Assembly (NCBI GenBank): GCA_002269645.1
Contig: NIVC01001010.1
Coordinates: 186,001-250,000, forward strand
From: Macrostomum lignano
Taxonomy: Eukaryota
Direction of reading: 5' to 3'
DNA: 64,000 bases
Shown here: in pieces, positions 33,827 through 56,256 of the stretch
How the letters are laid out: the number at the start of each line of letters is the position of its first letter
Position numbering within the stretch: position 1 is the stretch's first letter
Position numbers and translations under genes: made by a program
The notes under the pieces: model-generated
Told to the model about the DNA's origin: nothing
The model's input: only the letters and a program-made list of their open reading frames with translations
Database searches by the model: none

Positions 33827-36800
33827 CGCATTCGGCCTCAACACCACGCCTCAGCAGCTGCCAACCTGGCCAGGTGCGCTTCGTCACAGCGCGCATCCTT
33901 AGACGACGGCGCCACTGTCTGATCGACACCGGGGCAGAGGTGTCCTGCATCAGCGATGACATATGTAAGAAAGCTAGGCGGCGGCTGCAGCCCAGCAGCA
34001 TCATCATAAGAGGCGTGGATGGCAACCTACAGTCTGTGCTGGGCGAGACTACTTTGGCAGTGACTCTGGGAACCGTACAAGTCCATCATCGTTTCGTCGT
34101 ACTCGAGAAGCTTCACCCGACGTCCGTCATCCTGGGCTGTGACTTCCTCAGTGAACACGACGTCTCGGTCCATCTCCAAGCCGGTTGCATCACTTTCAAC
34201 AGCCTAGGCGTGTCGATTCCAGCTCGAAAAAGTAAAGAGGCAGCACAGACCTGCAAGCTCGTATCAGCGGCCTCCGTGCAGCTGCAGCCAGGGGAGCGCT
34301 GGATAATCCCCGTTAAACCAGCAAAGTCGGCCTCGTGGACGCGATCGGAGTGTCCAGGAGTCGTCACCGGCACAAGATCACAGGGGCTCCTGGTGGGTCG
34401 TTGTGTTGCCAAGCTGGTCGAGAGAGGCATGGGCCTAGCAGTCATCAACGTCGACGACCACACGGTCAACATCAGCGACGGCGACATTGTTGGCATCTTT
34501 TCCCCGCTAGGAAGTCAGCCATTCGTTCAGCAATCGACGGCCACTGGCAGCACGGCGGCGACGGCCGCTGGCAGCACGGCGGCGACGGCCGCTGGCAGCA
34601 CGGCGGCGACGGCCACTGGCAGCACGGCGGCGACGGCCACTGGCAGCACGGCGGCGACGGCCGCTGGCAGCACGGCGGCGACGGCCGCTGGCAGCACGGC
34701 GGCGACGGCCGCTGGCAGCACGGCGGCGACGGCCGCTGGCAGCACGGCGGCGACGGCCGCTGGCAGCACGGCGGCGACGGTCGCGGTCAGCACGGCTACA
34801 TCAACAACAGCTTTAGCGACGGACTTACCTCGCACCAACTGGCTGAACGACGTGCACATCGAAAGCTCTATCTCCGTCGAAGAGCAACAGTCGGTCAAGG
34901 ATTTGCTGTTAGAGTTCAGCACCGTTTTTGCATCCCCTGGCAATGCTGGTCGAACTGCAGTCCTGCAGCATCGCATCGACACCGGCGGGGCAAGGCCGAT
35001 CCGGCAGGGTTTGCGGCGTGCAGCGCGTCCAGTCATCGACAAGCAGGCCGAATTGATCGACGACATGCTGACCAAAGGAGTAATCCGGCCGTCTTCATCG
35101 CCTTGGGCTTCGCCAATCGTGCTTGTTCGTAAGAAGGACGGGACAGCGCGCTTTTGCTTAGACTATCGACTGCTCAATGAGGTCACCAAGCCGGACGCTT
35201 TTCCAATTCCGAGGATCGACGACACACTCGATGCGCTGCAAGGCAACGCCTACTTCTCGGCACTCGATCTGGAGAGTGGCTACTGGCAGGTTGAGGTCGA
35301 GGAGCGCGACAAAGAGAAAACTGCTTTCATCTGCCATCAAGGCCTCTTCGAGTTCAACGTCATGCCGTTTGGTCTGCGCAATGCCCCGGCAACCTTTCAA
35401 CGCCTCATGCAGCTGGTGCTCCAAGGCCTGACCTGGCAAGCGTGCCTGGTCTTCATCGACGACGTTATTGTCATGGGCCGGACTATCGAGGAGCACAACT
35501 ATCGGCTGCGGGCGGTGTTCGAGCGGCTGCGGGACGCGAACCTACGCTTGAAGCCATCTAAATGCCATTTCGCCAACACCACGATGATCGTCTTGGGCCA
35601 TCGAGTTTCCAAGTCGGGTATCACCGTCGACGAGTCAAAGACTGCTGCGATCCGAGACTGGCCTACACCCCGAACTTCCAAGGAGGTCAAGAGCTTCCTA
35701 GGTCTCGCAGCCTACTATAGACGGTTCATTCGGGATTATTCAAAGATCGCCGAGCCGCTACGACGCCTGACGGTTCCGACAGAAAGGTTTCAGTGGACGT
35801 CCAAGGCCCAAGAAGCATTCGACCAACTGAAGGCAACACTGACCTCTGCTCCAATCCTCGCCTTCCCGGATACTAGTGCGACCAGCTCGGAGTTCATTCT
35901 GGACACTGACGCCAGCGACTGCGCCATTGGTGCGGTACTCTCTCAACTGCAGGCGGGCGAAGAACGAGTCATCGCGTACTCCAGCAGAGCACTAACAAAA
36001 GCCGAGCGCAACTACTGTGTAACGAGGCGGGAGCTGCTGTCCGTCGTTGAGCATGTCAGGAAGTTCCGGAATTACCTGCTGCCTCGGAAGTTCACCGTGC
36101 GGGTCGATCATCAGTCTCTAACGCACCTGCTGACATTCAAGGAGCCCGAAGGTCAACTCGCGCGGTGGCTGCAGACGCTAGACGAGTTCGACTTCAGAGT
36201 ACTCTATCGGCCGGGCCGTCAACACAACAACGCCGATGCGCTGTCCCGTCAGCAGCAGCGCTGTACCAACCAGTGTCGGGTGTGTCGACCAACAAATGAG
36301 ACCACCAGCAGGACGACATCCTCGGTTGCCTGCCAGACCGACGCCAACAGTGATGCCGCCGCTGCCGCCCAGATCAACGCAGCGACCATCAAGCTAGTGT
36401 CGACGGCTACCGACGAAGCTGTTCAGACCGACAATGTGCATGTCTGCGTCGGCACCGTGCCATCAAGGCGCAAGCAAATCCATCAGCCCCGGTCGGACGA
36501 CAGCGAAGAAAGCAGCAGCAGCGAGGACGACACCAACGAAGATGAATCCGCAGCGCCAGCGGCAGACAACAGGCCACCGACGCTACGTATGCTTCAGCTG
36601 CAGGATCCGGTTATCAGTCCGGTGTTCCGACTGCTGGCCGACGGCAAGACTAGGTTTACCGACCGACAACGCGACCGAGTACCGCCGGAGAGCCTGGTGC
36701 TGGCGCAGAAGGTGCATGACTTGTGTTTCGTGAACGGTACACTGCACAGGCTGGTCAACACAAAGCCAGTACCCGTCATTCCCCGCTGCCGACAACGCGA

Positions 36801-37932
36801 ATTTGTCGACGAGATTCACAACGTCGGCCACCTGGGCGAAGTCAAGACGCTGGCCAGCCTAAAGACGCGTTGCTACTGGCCAAAAATGTCGGAGAGCGTC
36901 CGGTTGGCCGTTCGGTCATGCCAGGTTTGCCAGCGGGCAAAGACTCCGGTTATCAAGCGGGCGCCGCTACAGTCCATCACTGCAGGGTTTCCAATGCAGC
37001 GTGTCGGGTTCGACATTGTCAAGGTCGGCGCTTCCAGAAACGGCAACGATCGGATCCTGAGCATCGTCGACTACTTCAGCAAGTGGACGGAGCTGGTGCC
37101 GATTCCGGACGAGAAGGCGACGACAATTGCCAAGGCCCTCTTCAACAACTGGATCTCCAGGTGGGGTGCTCCGCATATTCTCCACTCCGACCGCGGCAAG
37201 AGCATCGATGGCCGCATCATTCGCAGTCTCTGTACACTATTGGAGGTCGACAAGACTCGAACGTCGGGCTATCATCCTCAATGTGACGGCCTCGTGGAGA
37301 GATTTCATCGGACACTCCATCAGATGTTGCGCTGCCACCTTCAAACTGTCGATCCGCTGGACTGGGAGGACGCCCTGCCGTACTGTCTCCTAGCCTATCG
37401 AAGCAGCATCAGCGCGACGACCGGATTTTCCCCACATTTCCTGATGACGGGCCGGGAGGTGGTTCTGCCATTGGACGTTGTCTATCGGTCCCCAGAGCCT
37501 CCATCCGTCGTCGGCCAGTACGCAGTAGAGACCATTCAACGACTGCAGGACGCCTTTGACGCTGTGCGGAGGTCAACTGGCGCGGCTCAACGACGGCAGA
37601 AGCGGTACTACGATCTGAAAGCCCAGAAGCGCAAGTTTCGCACCGGCGATCTAGTGTGGCTGTTCGTTCCGCCTGCTGTGCTGTCCAGGACCAACTGTCT
37701 GCCTCCGAAGCATCAATCACCGTGGACAGGCCCATTTAAAGTCATGCGCAAGACATCACCTGTCAACTACTTGGTGCGGCCGATCAATTACACGGACGGG
37801 GAGATCAAGGGGCGCGTCGTGCATGTCAACAAGTTGAAGCGAGCGTGTCTGCAACGGACCCAGTCTGCTCAGCGTGCTGATCAGGACGCCAGTAGTGACG
37901 ATGAAGGGCAACTTGTTGACGCTGAGGACTGA
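33769..37932 (+). CDS. Pol polyprotein (protease, RT, RNase H, integrase), -1 frame to gag
   Basis: LIDTGA, LDLESGYWQ, FIDD, LDTDAS, HHCC and DDE integrase, WTGPF module. Confidence 0.95.
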   Translation: MPKRRGGWFTRPAPALSALTHSASTPRLSSCQPGQVRFVTARILRRRRHCLIDTGAEVSCISDDICKKARRRLQPSSIIIRGVDGNLQSVLGETTLAVTLGTVQVHHRFVVLEKLHPTSVILGCDFLSEHDVSVHLQAGCITFNSLGVSIPARKSKEAAQTCKLVSAASVQLQPGERWIIPVKPAKSASWTRSECPGVVTGTRSQGLLVGRCVAKLVERGMGLAVINVDDHTVNISDGDIVGIFSPLGSQPFVQQSTATGSTAATAAGSTAATAAGSTAATATGSTAATATGSTAATAAGSTAATAAGSTAATAAGSTAATAAGSTAATAAGSTAATVAVSTATSTTALATDLPRTNWLNDVHIESSISVEEQQSVKDLLLEFSTVFASPGNAGRTAVLQHRIDTGGARPIRQGLRRAARPVIDKQAELIDDMLTKGVIRPSSSPWASPIVLVRKKDGTARFCLDYRLLNEVTKPDAFPIPRIDDTLDALQGNAYFSALDLESGYWQVEVEERDKEKTAFICHQGLFEFNVMPFGLRNAPATFQRLMQLVLQGLTWQACLVFIDDVIVMGRTIEEHNYRLRAVFERLRDANLRLKPSKCHFANTTMIVLGHRVSKSGITVDESKTAAIRDWPTPRTSKEVKSFLGLAAYYRRFIRDYSKIAEPLRRLTVPTERFQWTSKAQEAFDQLKATLTSAPILAFPDTSATSSEFILDTDASDCAIGAVLSQLQAGEERVIAYSSRALTKAERNYCVTRRELLSVVEHVRKFRNYLLPRKFTVRVDHQSLTHLLTFKEPEGQLARWLQTLDEFDFRVLYRPGRQHNNADALSRQQQRCTNQCRVCRPTNETTSRTTSSVACQTDANSDAAAAAQINAATIKLVSTATDEAVQTDNVHVCVGTVPSRRKQIHQPRSDDSEESSSSEDDTNEDESAAPAADNRPPTLRMLQLQDPVISPVFRLLADGKTRFTDRQRDRVPPESLVLAQKVHDLCFVNGTLHRLVNTKPVPVIPRCRQREFVDEIHNVGHLGEVKTLASLKTRCYWPKMSESVRLAVRSCQVCQRAKTPVIKRAPLQSITAGFPMQRVGFDIVKVGASRNGNDRILSIVDYFSKWTELVPIPDEKATTIAKALFNNWISRWGAPHILHSDRGKSIDGRIIRSLCTLLEVDKTRTSGYHPQCDGLVERFHRTLHQMLRCHLQTVDPLDWEDALPYCLLAYRSSISATTGFSPHFLMTGREVVLPLDVVYRSPEPPSVVGQYAVETIQRLQDAFDAVRRSTGAAQRRQKRYYDLKAQKRKFRTGDLVWLFVPPAVLSRTNCLPPKHQSPWTGPFKVMRKTSPVNYLVRPINYTDGEIKGRVVHVNKLKRACLQRTQSAQRADQDASSDDEGQLVDAED
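34546..34785 (+). repeat. In-frame 24-bp repeat x10 encoding (GSTAATAA)n in pol
   Basis: GGCAGCACGGCGGCGACGGCCRCT units. Confidence 0.95.
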
Positions 37933-38174
37933 CTAACGCACGTTGAGGACTGACTGACTGGTTGTAGCCAGCAGTTTTGCTTTATAGGTCGTAGGTCTAG
38001 AACTTTTTAATAGCGTCTATCTATTAGCTTAGTAATCCTGATTTAGATTTAATTGTTCGAAACCCGGTTATCTCGAATTGTTCTATTTGCTACAGCTGGT
38101 TCTGTTCTTCCCTATTGGAGTAGCTTTCATCTGTCGTTTCCACCCCTTGGGTTTAATGAGGACATTAAACTGTT

Positions 38175-38184
38175 GAAAGGGGAG
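38175..38184 (+). promoter_or_regulatory. Polypurine tract
   Basis: GAAAGGGGAG just upstream of the 3' LTR. Confidence 0.75.
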
Positions 38185-38188
38185 CTTT

Positions 38189-38525
38189 TGTAATAGTGCT
38201 CAATTTGCGTGCGCGTGCACTTCTAGTGTTTTCTCCGTATTTCTTTCTGCGTCACCCCACCCCTGCGTATAGCCTTTTCTAGAAATTTCTTTTTGTTTCT
38301 GATTGGCTGAAAACGCGTGAATAACGAGCCCCAACCAATAGAGTGCTTAGTGCCTACCCTATCGGCGAAATCCGATTGGTTAGGATTTTCTAAGCTGCGT
38401 TTTTCACCCTGCCCTCCCCCATCGCGGTCAGTCTATTTAATCAAGCAAGCTGGAACGCAAATAAATCAAGTTTTTCTCTGACTAAAGAAGTCCCGGCAGT
38501 TAAAACTCAAGAATACGCGGCTACA
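38189..38525 (+). repeat. 3' LTR
   Basis: 337 bp, followed by TSD CATA. Confidence 0.96.
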
Positions 38526-38844
38526 CATAGGACATTTTTATACTTCTTAAAACTTTGTATAACCTAAGCTAAAGAAAACAGATATTTAAAGCAAAAGCTA
38601 GGTCTTTGATTTGCCAAAAATAATATTATAATATTTATTATTATAATAACCTGGAAAGCAGATACTAGTATAAAATGATTAGGCCTTACTTTGTAGAACC
38701 TACACTTAGGATAATGTCTTTTTGCCTAGAAAATTCTAGTGCACAGAAGCCTTTTCAACTCAATACATTGGCATATATAGTATAAGCAAGATATTTTTAA
38801 TACAACAGCCCAATATAGAGCAAGCTAAAATATAGCATATTTTA

Positions 38845-39175
38845 ATGCCGATGTGGATGCTGACGGCTATGCTAGAGTGGCAGCTAGACTTGGTGCACTC
38901 AGGGTTGCTCCGTGCGGCCTTTTGAGCTGACAAGAGTGTTGGGACCAAGACTTATATGATTGGGCCAAGCTGTAGCGCCTGTCCATTATTCTCTGGTGGC
39001 GGCAACTTTAATTAGTAGGTCATGTGATCTAGGCTAAAGGCTACTGCTCCTAACCTATTCAGGATGTCCTGCTGCTCACCTTGCAGGGTCTATTCAGGTG
39101 GGGTCAGGCTTGCTATGCGACGCTAGGGTGCCCGACACTGCCAATGGAGCAGACTTTTTTTGCTCCAAGGCTCTG
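38845..39175 (+). mobile_element. Old decayed RTE-type LINE fragment
   Basis: Translates with stops as WMLTAMLEWQLDLVHSGLLRAAF...GHVI*AKGYCS*PIQDVLLLTLQG, homologous to the 464-1239 copy. Confidence 0.7.
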
Positions 39176-39269
39176 TGGCGCACCATCTAACACGCCCTGC
39201 TCTAACTGTGACTATGCATGTGGGGTCACATATTTTGTTATTGTTGATAGAATATCTTGCCAAGCTTTT

Positions 39270-39567
39270 CTAACTAAGATTTTTCTGCAACAAGGTTTTT
39301 CCATGAGAGTTTTTCTTGCCAAGGTTTCCTATAGAGTTTTTTATTAGAATTCCAAGTCAAATCCAATTGGATTTGAAATCTAGTCTAATCTAGTTCATGT
39401 CTAAATTAGCCTAACCTAATCTAGCTAGACTAGTACAACATTGTTTATAGATTAGATTTGACTTAAAATTCTAATTATAAATTCCCTACAATAAACCTCA
39501 TTGTGAGAAATGTTTGCATGAATAAACCTTGGCAGGAAAACTTCCTGTAGGAAATTCCTACGCTCCA
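39270..39567. mobile_element. Decayed member of the GGG/8-bp-TSD MITE family
   Basis: Shares CATTGT.TATAGA.T.GATTTGACTT.AAATT and the 15-bp subrepeats with 48290-49422. Left end not resolved. Confidence 0.5.
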
Positions 39568-40914
39568 ATAACAATGTTTTCTATTTGTTTAGTTTTAAAT
39601 ATTCAAAGTAAAGTCATTTATAGTTAGGGTTAATAGGGTTAAGGTTAATCTTAGCTATTTCATTGCTCTTTCATTTTATTGCATTTAATTATTCAAGTTT
39701 GCATTGAAAAAGACAACTTTTATACATTCAAATATTATATTTTCAAAGGCACAGTCTATTAGCAATAAGGCAAAGTTATAAGACAAGAAAATTTTGGAGA
39801 CTGTGCTCTAATGGCAGGTAAGCACTAATTCTTAGCACTGTTGACTGCAAGCATTTAAGACTTATAAATGTTGTTTAGTTTTGAGCCTGCAAAAACACTT
39901 TTTATACACAAATACTCAATTTGCAAAACCTGAAAAACCTGTTATATATAATTTACAAGTCTCTTTTAAACTGAGTGCAGCTTAAATAATTTTCTAGAGC
40001 CAAAAAATGGCTATTCTTCACTCTTACCATAGCCTTTCTCTAGCAAACAATCATTAAAATTTGACAACATGGGGTTTTATTTGCATTGAATATAGAACAT
40101 ATATTACCCACTCTTCTAATATACAGTAGCAATTAGAATTTGATGGCTGTCTTCTCTACCTTTTTTTTAAAAACATGCCATTATCTCTCTATTGGAAAGA
40201 CAAAGTGACTAAAAAAGGTTTGAAAATGTGTTTTCTGCTTTGGAACAAACTTAATTTTTTTATTTTCAACAGTAAAATAGCTTATTTGATGTATAAGAAA
40301 ATGCTTCAATGATATGTATAGTTCCAAATTTGAGTTGCCAGCCATCTAGTCACCTCGTCAGTCAGTCTACTTAGTTTTAGATCTAGTATTCCAACTTTAG
40401 AAATGTTATATAGCAAAAGTTTAACAATTTTGTACAAAACTAAGGCCTGCATCTAATAACCAGTTTGAGATTATAGTAAAATTATCTAAAATGATCATGG
40501 CTTAAAAATACAAAGTTGTTAAAAAAAGTAGTCAACCTTATTTGAGTAAATGGAGGTCTATATAGATAGTAAGTTGTCTTGTCTATGTTCTTAAATGTGT
40601 TTACAATCCTTAAATAAAAAAATTAAACCTAATAAGTCAAGAAATTATGGAAAAATAGAAGAATTAGAAGAAAAGCTTAGACAAGGATAAAAAACAAACA
40701 AATCAAGAGAGGAGGAACATTGAATAGTTGAGCAAAGCTATGTGGCAAAAAGGCTCATCAAACACAATTGTCACAATTCAGGAGATTGTGCATGCATGGA
40801 TAGAGATATATCTGTGCCAACTAACTTGACCTTTAGCTTCAAAAAGCTTAAAAATGGATATAATCAAACATCAATAATCAGCACCCAGAATTATGATCCA
40901 ATCTGGTATTTTAG

Positions 40915-44212
<3,298 letters not shown>

Positions 44213-44369
44213 TTGCTTCTAGTTGTTGGCCTTTGGAGCGGCTGTTGGTGTTACAAATTCAACATGTGCCTGTAATGTTTCTCTCATATTGGCTAGAGGA
44301 GGGGATGTTAGACTCCTATTTTGTATTTCTTACATATGTGTTGCGATGCTTGGTAGGTTTGATATGGGC

Positions 44370-45155
44370 CTGTTAGATTTGTGGTATTTGGTTAGATATG
44401 GGCCTGTTATATTTGTGGTATTTGGTTAGATATGGGCCTGTTATATTTGTGGTATTTGGTTAGATATGGGCCTGTTATATTTGTGATATTTGGTTAGATA
44501 TGGGCCTGTTATATTTGTGATATTTGGTTAGATATGGGCCTGTTAGACTTGTGATATTTGGTTAGATATGGGCCTGTTACGAGCTAGATTTGTGGTATTT
44601 GGTTAGATATGGGCCTGTTAGATTTGTGGTATTTGGTTAGATATGGGCCTGTTAGATTTGTGGTATTTGGTTAGATATGGGCCTGTAAGATTTGTGGTAT
44701 TTGGTTAGATATGGTCCTGTTAGATTTGTGGTATTTGGTTAGATATGGTCCTGTTAGATTTGTGGTATTTGGTTAGATATGGGCCTGTTAGACTTGTGAT
44801 ATTTGGTTAGAAATGGGCCTGTTACGAGCTAGATTTGTGGTATTTGATTAGATATGGGCCTGTTAGATTTGTGGTATTTGGTTAGATATGGGCCTGTTAT
44901 ATTTGTGATATTTGGTTAGATATGGGCCTGTTATATTTGTGATATTTGGTTAGATATGGGCCTGTTAGACTTGTGATATTTGGTTAGATATGGGCCTGTT
45001 ACGAGCTAGATTTGTGGTATTTGGTTAGATATGGGCCTGTTAGATTTGTGGTATTTGGTTAGATATGGGCCTGTTAGATTTGTGGTATTTGGTTAGATAT
45101 GGGCCTGTTAGATTTGTGGTATTTGGTTAGATATGGGCCTGTTAGATTTGTGGTA
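44370..45155. repeat. 34-bp minisatellite GATATGGGCCTGTTAGATTTGTGGTATTTGGTTA
   Basis: About 23 units; three carry a short ACGAGC-containing insertion. Confidence 0.95.
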
Positions 45156-46096
45156 TTATACTGGGTTGGACATGGCGTGTTCGACCTCTATTGTGTGAGA
45201 TAGACGCGGGTTGTTATGCTTGGCTAAAATTTATGTTACAATTGGGAGTTTAAAATTCGCTATTTGATAAAGGACAAACAAAATAAGTATTGCCTGTTTG
45301 TAAATGCGCAGTTCTCCAATTGTTTTATTAATTGTAAATGCTTTTGAAGTACTATTAATGTAATATTTATTGTGTTTAGAATAATTAAATTTAAAGAATA
45401 TTGTACACTCTACTCGAGTAGTACTGTTAGAATTTTTTGCTTTCATTTTTTTCGTCCTTTTGTACCCCGTTTCAATTTGTAAGATCCAATTTTAGTTCAT
45501 GTACAGCCAGTGTACAGTCCATTGAGCATAGAGATAGCTTAGGTCTCTCTCCTTTCTTCCTGTCTCTCTCAGGCCACTCTGCCCCTAGCAACTAGCAGCT
45601 GGCTCACAGCTCCCGATTGCTTTTCTCTCTTTGTTTATTGGCCGTGTCTCTCTGTACCTGCGTAAACCCCCACCTTGCCAGGGAGTCCCAGACAGAGAAT
45701 CTGGGGGTGGCAACAGCAGCTTTTGTAAACTGTAATCGAATATTTTTTATTCTAATTTCAACAGGACTGCAGCTGCTTCAAATACGGATGTGATGCGAAA
45801 TTTTCTGCCTACCTTTTTGCGCGTTTAATTGAGTAAACTATCATTTAATTGGCCTCAAGTGACGTCACCCTCCCCAGTCAGAGCTACGTTGCCGGTCCAG
45901 ATGCTTCACTTAAGGCGTCCCTGGCCCTTAAGTTGTCTCTGCGTATATACAGTATCTCTCTGCTGCCTTGGCCAGTGGCCGTGACTCAGCAGAACTATAT
46001 TACTTTCTTAGCACTAGGAGCACTTCTTTTAACTGTGCCAGCAAGATAATTTTTATATTGTTTTTCTTCTTCTTCTAGCTTCTAATCGCCCGCAAG

Positions 46097-52667
<6,571 letters not shown>

Positions 52668-55600
52668 AAGCGCGCAGCAAATAATAAAAAATCACTTAAA
52701 GCGCTTACAAAAACTTAAAAGCTGGTTAAATTGAAGTTGAATTTCTTGCAAGAAATCTCAACGTTTTTTGCTCTTCGTGGTCGCCGTCTGTCCGGCATCT
52801 TCGAAATTCTGATTCCTATAATTTTTATCGTGAAAATTTCTTTTATCAGCCTTGTTTATTTATCCAGACACTATCGATAGTAGCAAAACAAAAACGATTT
52901 AAATATAAGCAATTTGTGTAGATAGACTGTGCGATTTTTTATGTCCATGCCCGCGATTTGCTACTGAAACTAATTGTAATTGTAAAATCCCCAACAGCTT
53001 AAATAAGTTTAACATCTGACTCCCCTCGTCTTCAAATTTTTACCTCATTAGTTTTTTGTTTGTGGTGGTTTCCGGTCATTTTATGCACATTTTTTTCTAT
53101 TTTAATAATCTAAATAAGTAGTAAAACGCGCATATAGCTGTCCTTTTTTATACGGCCAAAATTTGATGAAAATGCTCGATTTATTCCGGTTATTCCGATG
53201 GCCAACGAAAAATGCTTCATCATATTTTCGGTCTGCCATCGGTTTAACGTTTGATTAATTGACTGGTTGATTTTCACTAAAAAATTGTCAAAACTGCTTC
53301 AACTAATGAACAGTAACCATTTTTGTTCCCAAATTCTGTTCTGCAGAGGACCATCGTCCAATCAAAATTCGATCATAGGAATCGTAAAATAAAATCTGTT
53401 TTTTTGTCCAACAAACGCTTAATTAATTTTGGTCTCCTTAAAAATTGATTCTAAAAAGCACTTTTCTTTAATATCCTCGTTGCTACGACTTTTTTGGTTA
53501 GTTTTTAAACGGTTGCACTTTAATAGTGAAAGTTTATTTGTGAATTTACAGCATAATACAAATATATAAATATGGACTTTAGTACTTGCACTCGTACAAG
53601 GCAGACAGGCAGATACGTCTATAGACACATCGTCAGGTAGGCAAAGTACTAAGCCAGGGGAATCCTCTACCGCTGACCGATTTTAGTTGCAATATTTGAT
53701 GTATCGTTCAGGGGCGGTCCGAATTTGATTGTATCTATAAAGCAGATTTTTCGTGGGTAACTGGGCAGTTTGTCTTCTTTGAGAAATTTACGCAGACAAC
53801 ATGCATTATTATATGTACTATTTGTTTGATACAATTAGGCTAATTGGCTTTCATTGTACTGATACATGTAAAGATACGCCATTACACGAAAAATTCACTG
53901 TATCTTACATATAATCTTACTACTTATATCTAACGCTCGTAATTAAGTAGTAATTGACGAGTAAGTGTTAATGCACATTAAGAATTTTCGTATTGGTGGC
54001 GTTGTTCGCTGTGGACGAATTTGTTTTGAAGTCAACCAATAGTTTATTTCCAGATATATGGATAGAACTTTAATGAAGATGTACTCGCACAGGAACAAAA
54101 TACATGTATCGAGGCGATCAAATCATGCAAAAACGAAGAATACGAATGTTAATAGGAAATTATGTTATAACAAAACTTAACTGATTAGGACACTAGTAGG
54201 CCGTACTAGAGCAATAAAGTATTTTTCGAGCCAACGCTAATTTTTATAGGAATAACTATCAACAGGACACAGTTATGCATAAATATTATTTGCGTCATCA
54301 ATCACCTGCTTTACCGTCCAAGTCCAAATAACAGCAATTCATTTCGAGTACTTTGGCTGGCCTGTGGACCTGAGGCTGTCTGTGGCAGGTTGCTGCAGCA
54401 TAAGGCCAGGGCCTATTTAATAGGTCTTTTTGATAGGTATAAGCAGACCTATATCATGACTATTATTAGTAGTTTTTCTGTTAAAAATATTTGAAAGCGA
54501 ATGAATTTTAGTTTCCGTGCCAGCAGTCCTGAGCTTGAGTCCTGGTCTGTGACCGACTAGGAGTACCAAGAGTTGGAGTGACAGATATTTATATTTGTAT
54601 ATATAATATCTATATATATCTATATGCTACAACTATTAAACTATATATCTATAAATATATATAGTTGTAACATTAGGCTATAGTCGTATAGAAATAGAAA
54701 ATAGAATGCAATAGGGGCCTAACTAAGCCAAGCCACCAGGCCTAGTCTAGACTAGACCATGCTCTTGCCCCTATTCTTATTCTATTGGGGGGGATAGCTT
54801 AGTAGGGACTCCAGTGAGTGAGATTTGTTAATATTTTGTAAAGCATTTTGCCTATTATTAGGGCCTAGTTTTAGTATTAGGCATTTTGAATATGATCATT
54901 TGGCAATCTTAATTTTTATCCAAACTTAAAAAATTACTTACTACATTTACTAATATTAAAATTAAAATAATTATATAAATTTTTGTTATATAGATAGCCA
55001 CACACCAAGATGGCTACAAGTTACAACATTGAATATCTTAGGCTCTGCTCTTTTTTATCATTAATAAGCAACATAATAGGGGCCTAGCTATTGTTATATT
55101 AATTATTATGTTTAATCAATCATATTCATAATAAACTAATGCAATAATAGATTTGAAACTAGTTAACTATAATACAAAACTTTAATCTTTTTCAGTGTTT
55201 ATGCCTATTTATTCCTTATCATTATATCTATCAAATCTATCACTATCTGTTATTAGGAACCATTGCTACTAGTAATGCTATACAAAAATTAATGATAAAT
55301 ATGCAACAAGGCAAGGTATTTATTTGGGTGATGGTCATTTTGTCAACTGGCATTTTGTCAACTTGGTTGACAAAGTGAACAAAGTGTTGGGGCAACTTTA
55401 CTGGTGGTTGACAAAGTGACCAATGCCTAGATCCTTCCCATTTGCTTGTTGATGAAGTGACTAAAATTTTCATTATATGAATGATATACCTATATAGCTG
55501 ATACAGCTGCATATCTTATATAGCTTACAATTGTTATATTGATGACTTGTTTTATTAATTGCCTTATTTTTTAAAAATGAACAAATTTTGCAATTTTGCA

Positions 55601-56209
55601 ATACTAGACTGCATGTCCATTAGGTTAAATGTTTCAATGCAAATAATCTATGCAAATGTGTCACCCCATGCGCACTCATACCCATATGCGTCTGGGCATT
55701 AATGAATCTTGAGTATTTGTATATTATGCAACCATACATTCGACTGCATAACATGAGTATTTCTCTCCTATCAAAACGCATTGAGGACTGCTATAAAGTC
55801 CCCTAAAATATTGAGTTGTGAAAATTAGTGGACTGCGTGCACCTTCCCACCCCTCCACCCCGCTGTGCATAGTCAGCCAAAGCCCCGCAGCGAATCTTGA
55901 TATCCGGTAATGTTTTTGATTGGAGTATATAATTATGCACGATTTATGCGCACTTATCGATCAATCATGCCATATATGTATAAGGTATTTCACTCCCTAT
56001 CATGCTTAACACTAAAATGTAGCTTGTACAATGCATTGTAAGAAGGCACAAGCAGACACAAGCAGACAAATGCAAAGGCACAGGCAGACGCACAAACTGA
56101 TTGGCAATATTGGGTGCAATACCACAGCGGCATGCTCTTGATTTGTGCATTCCTGTTCATGTAGCTGCATAAGACTTGGCTATGTGCCTAAGCCTAGTGC
56201 TTTTACGTG

Positions 56210-56256
56210 TAGGGTCAGCAAACTTTTTACCTCAAGGGCCAGATTGAGAACCTAGC
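56210..56256 (+). mobile_element. Charlie-type hAT terminus
   Basis: TAGGGTCAGCAAACTTTTTACCTCAAGGGCCAGAT matches the reverse complement of the right end of 46565-47486. Followed by a GA-rich tract. Confidence 0.55.

Larger units (their letters stand above)
32341..38525 (+). mobile_element. Full-length Ty3/Gypsy LTR retrotransposon, 6185 bp
   Basis: 337-bp TG..CA LTRs, TSD CATA, PBS, PPT, intact gag and pol (PR-RT-RH-IN order). Confidence 0.97.

Noticed and set aside
34113-37735. Overlapping alternative-frame and antisense ORFs in pol
   Set aside because: Expected shadow ORFs of GC-rich coding DNA.
44370-45155. CRISPR-like regular repeats (also 16659-16893, 60897-61368)
   Set aside because: Head-to-tail units with no unique spacers, eukaryotic context, and no cas genes.
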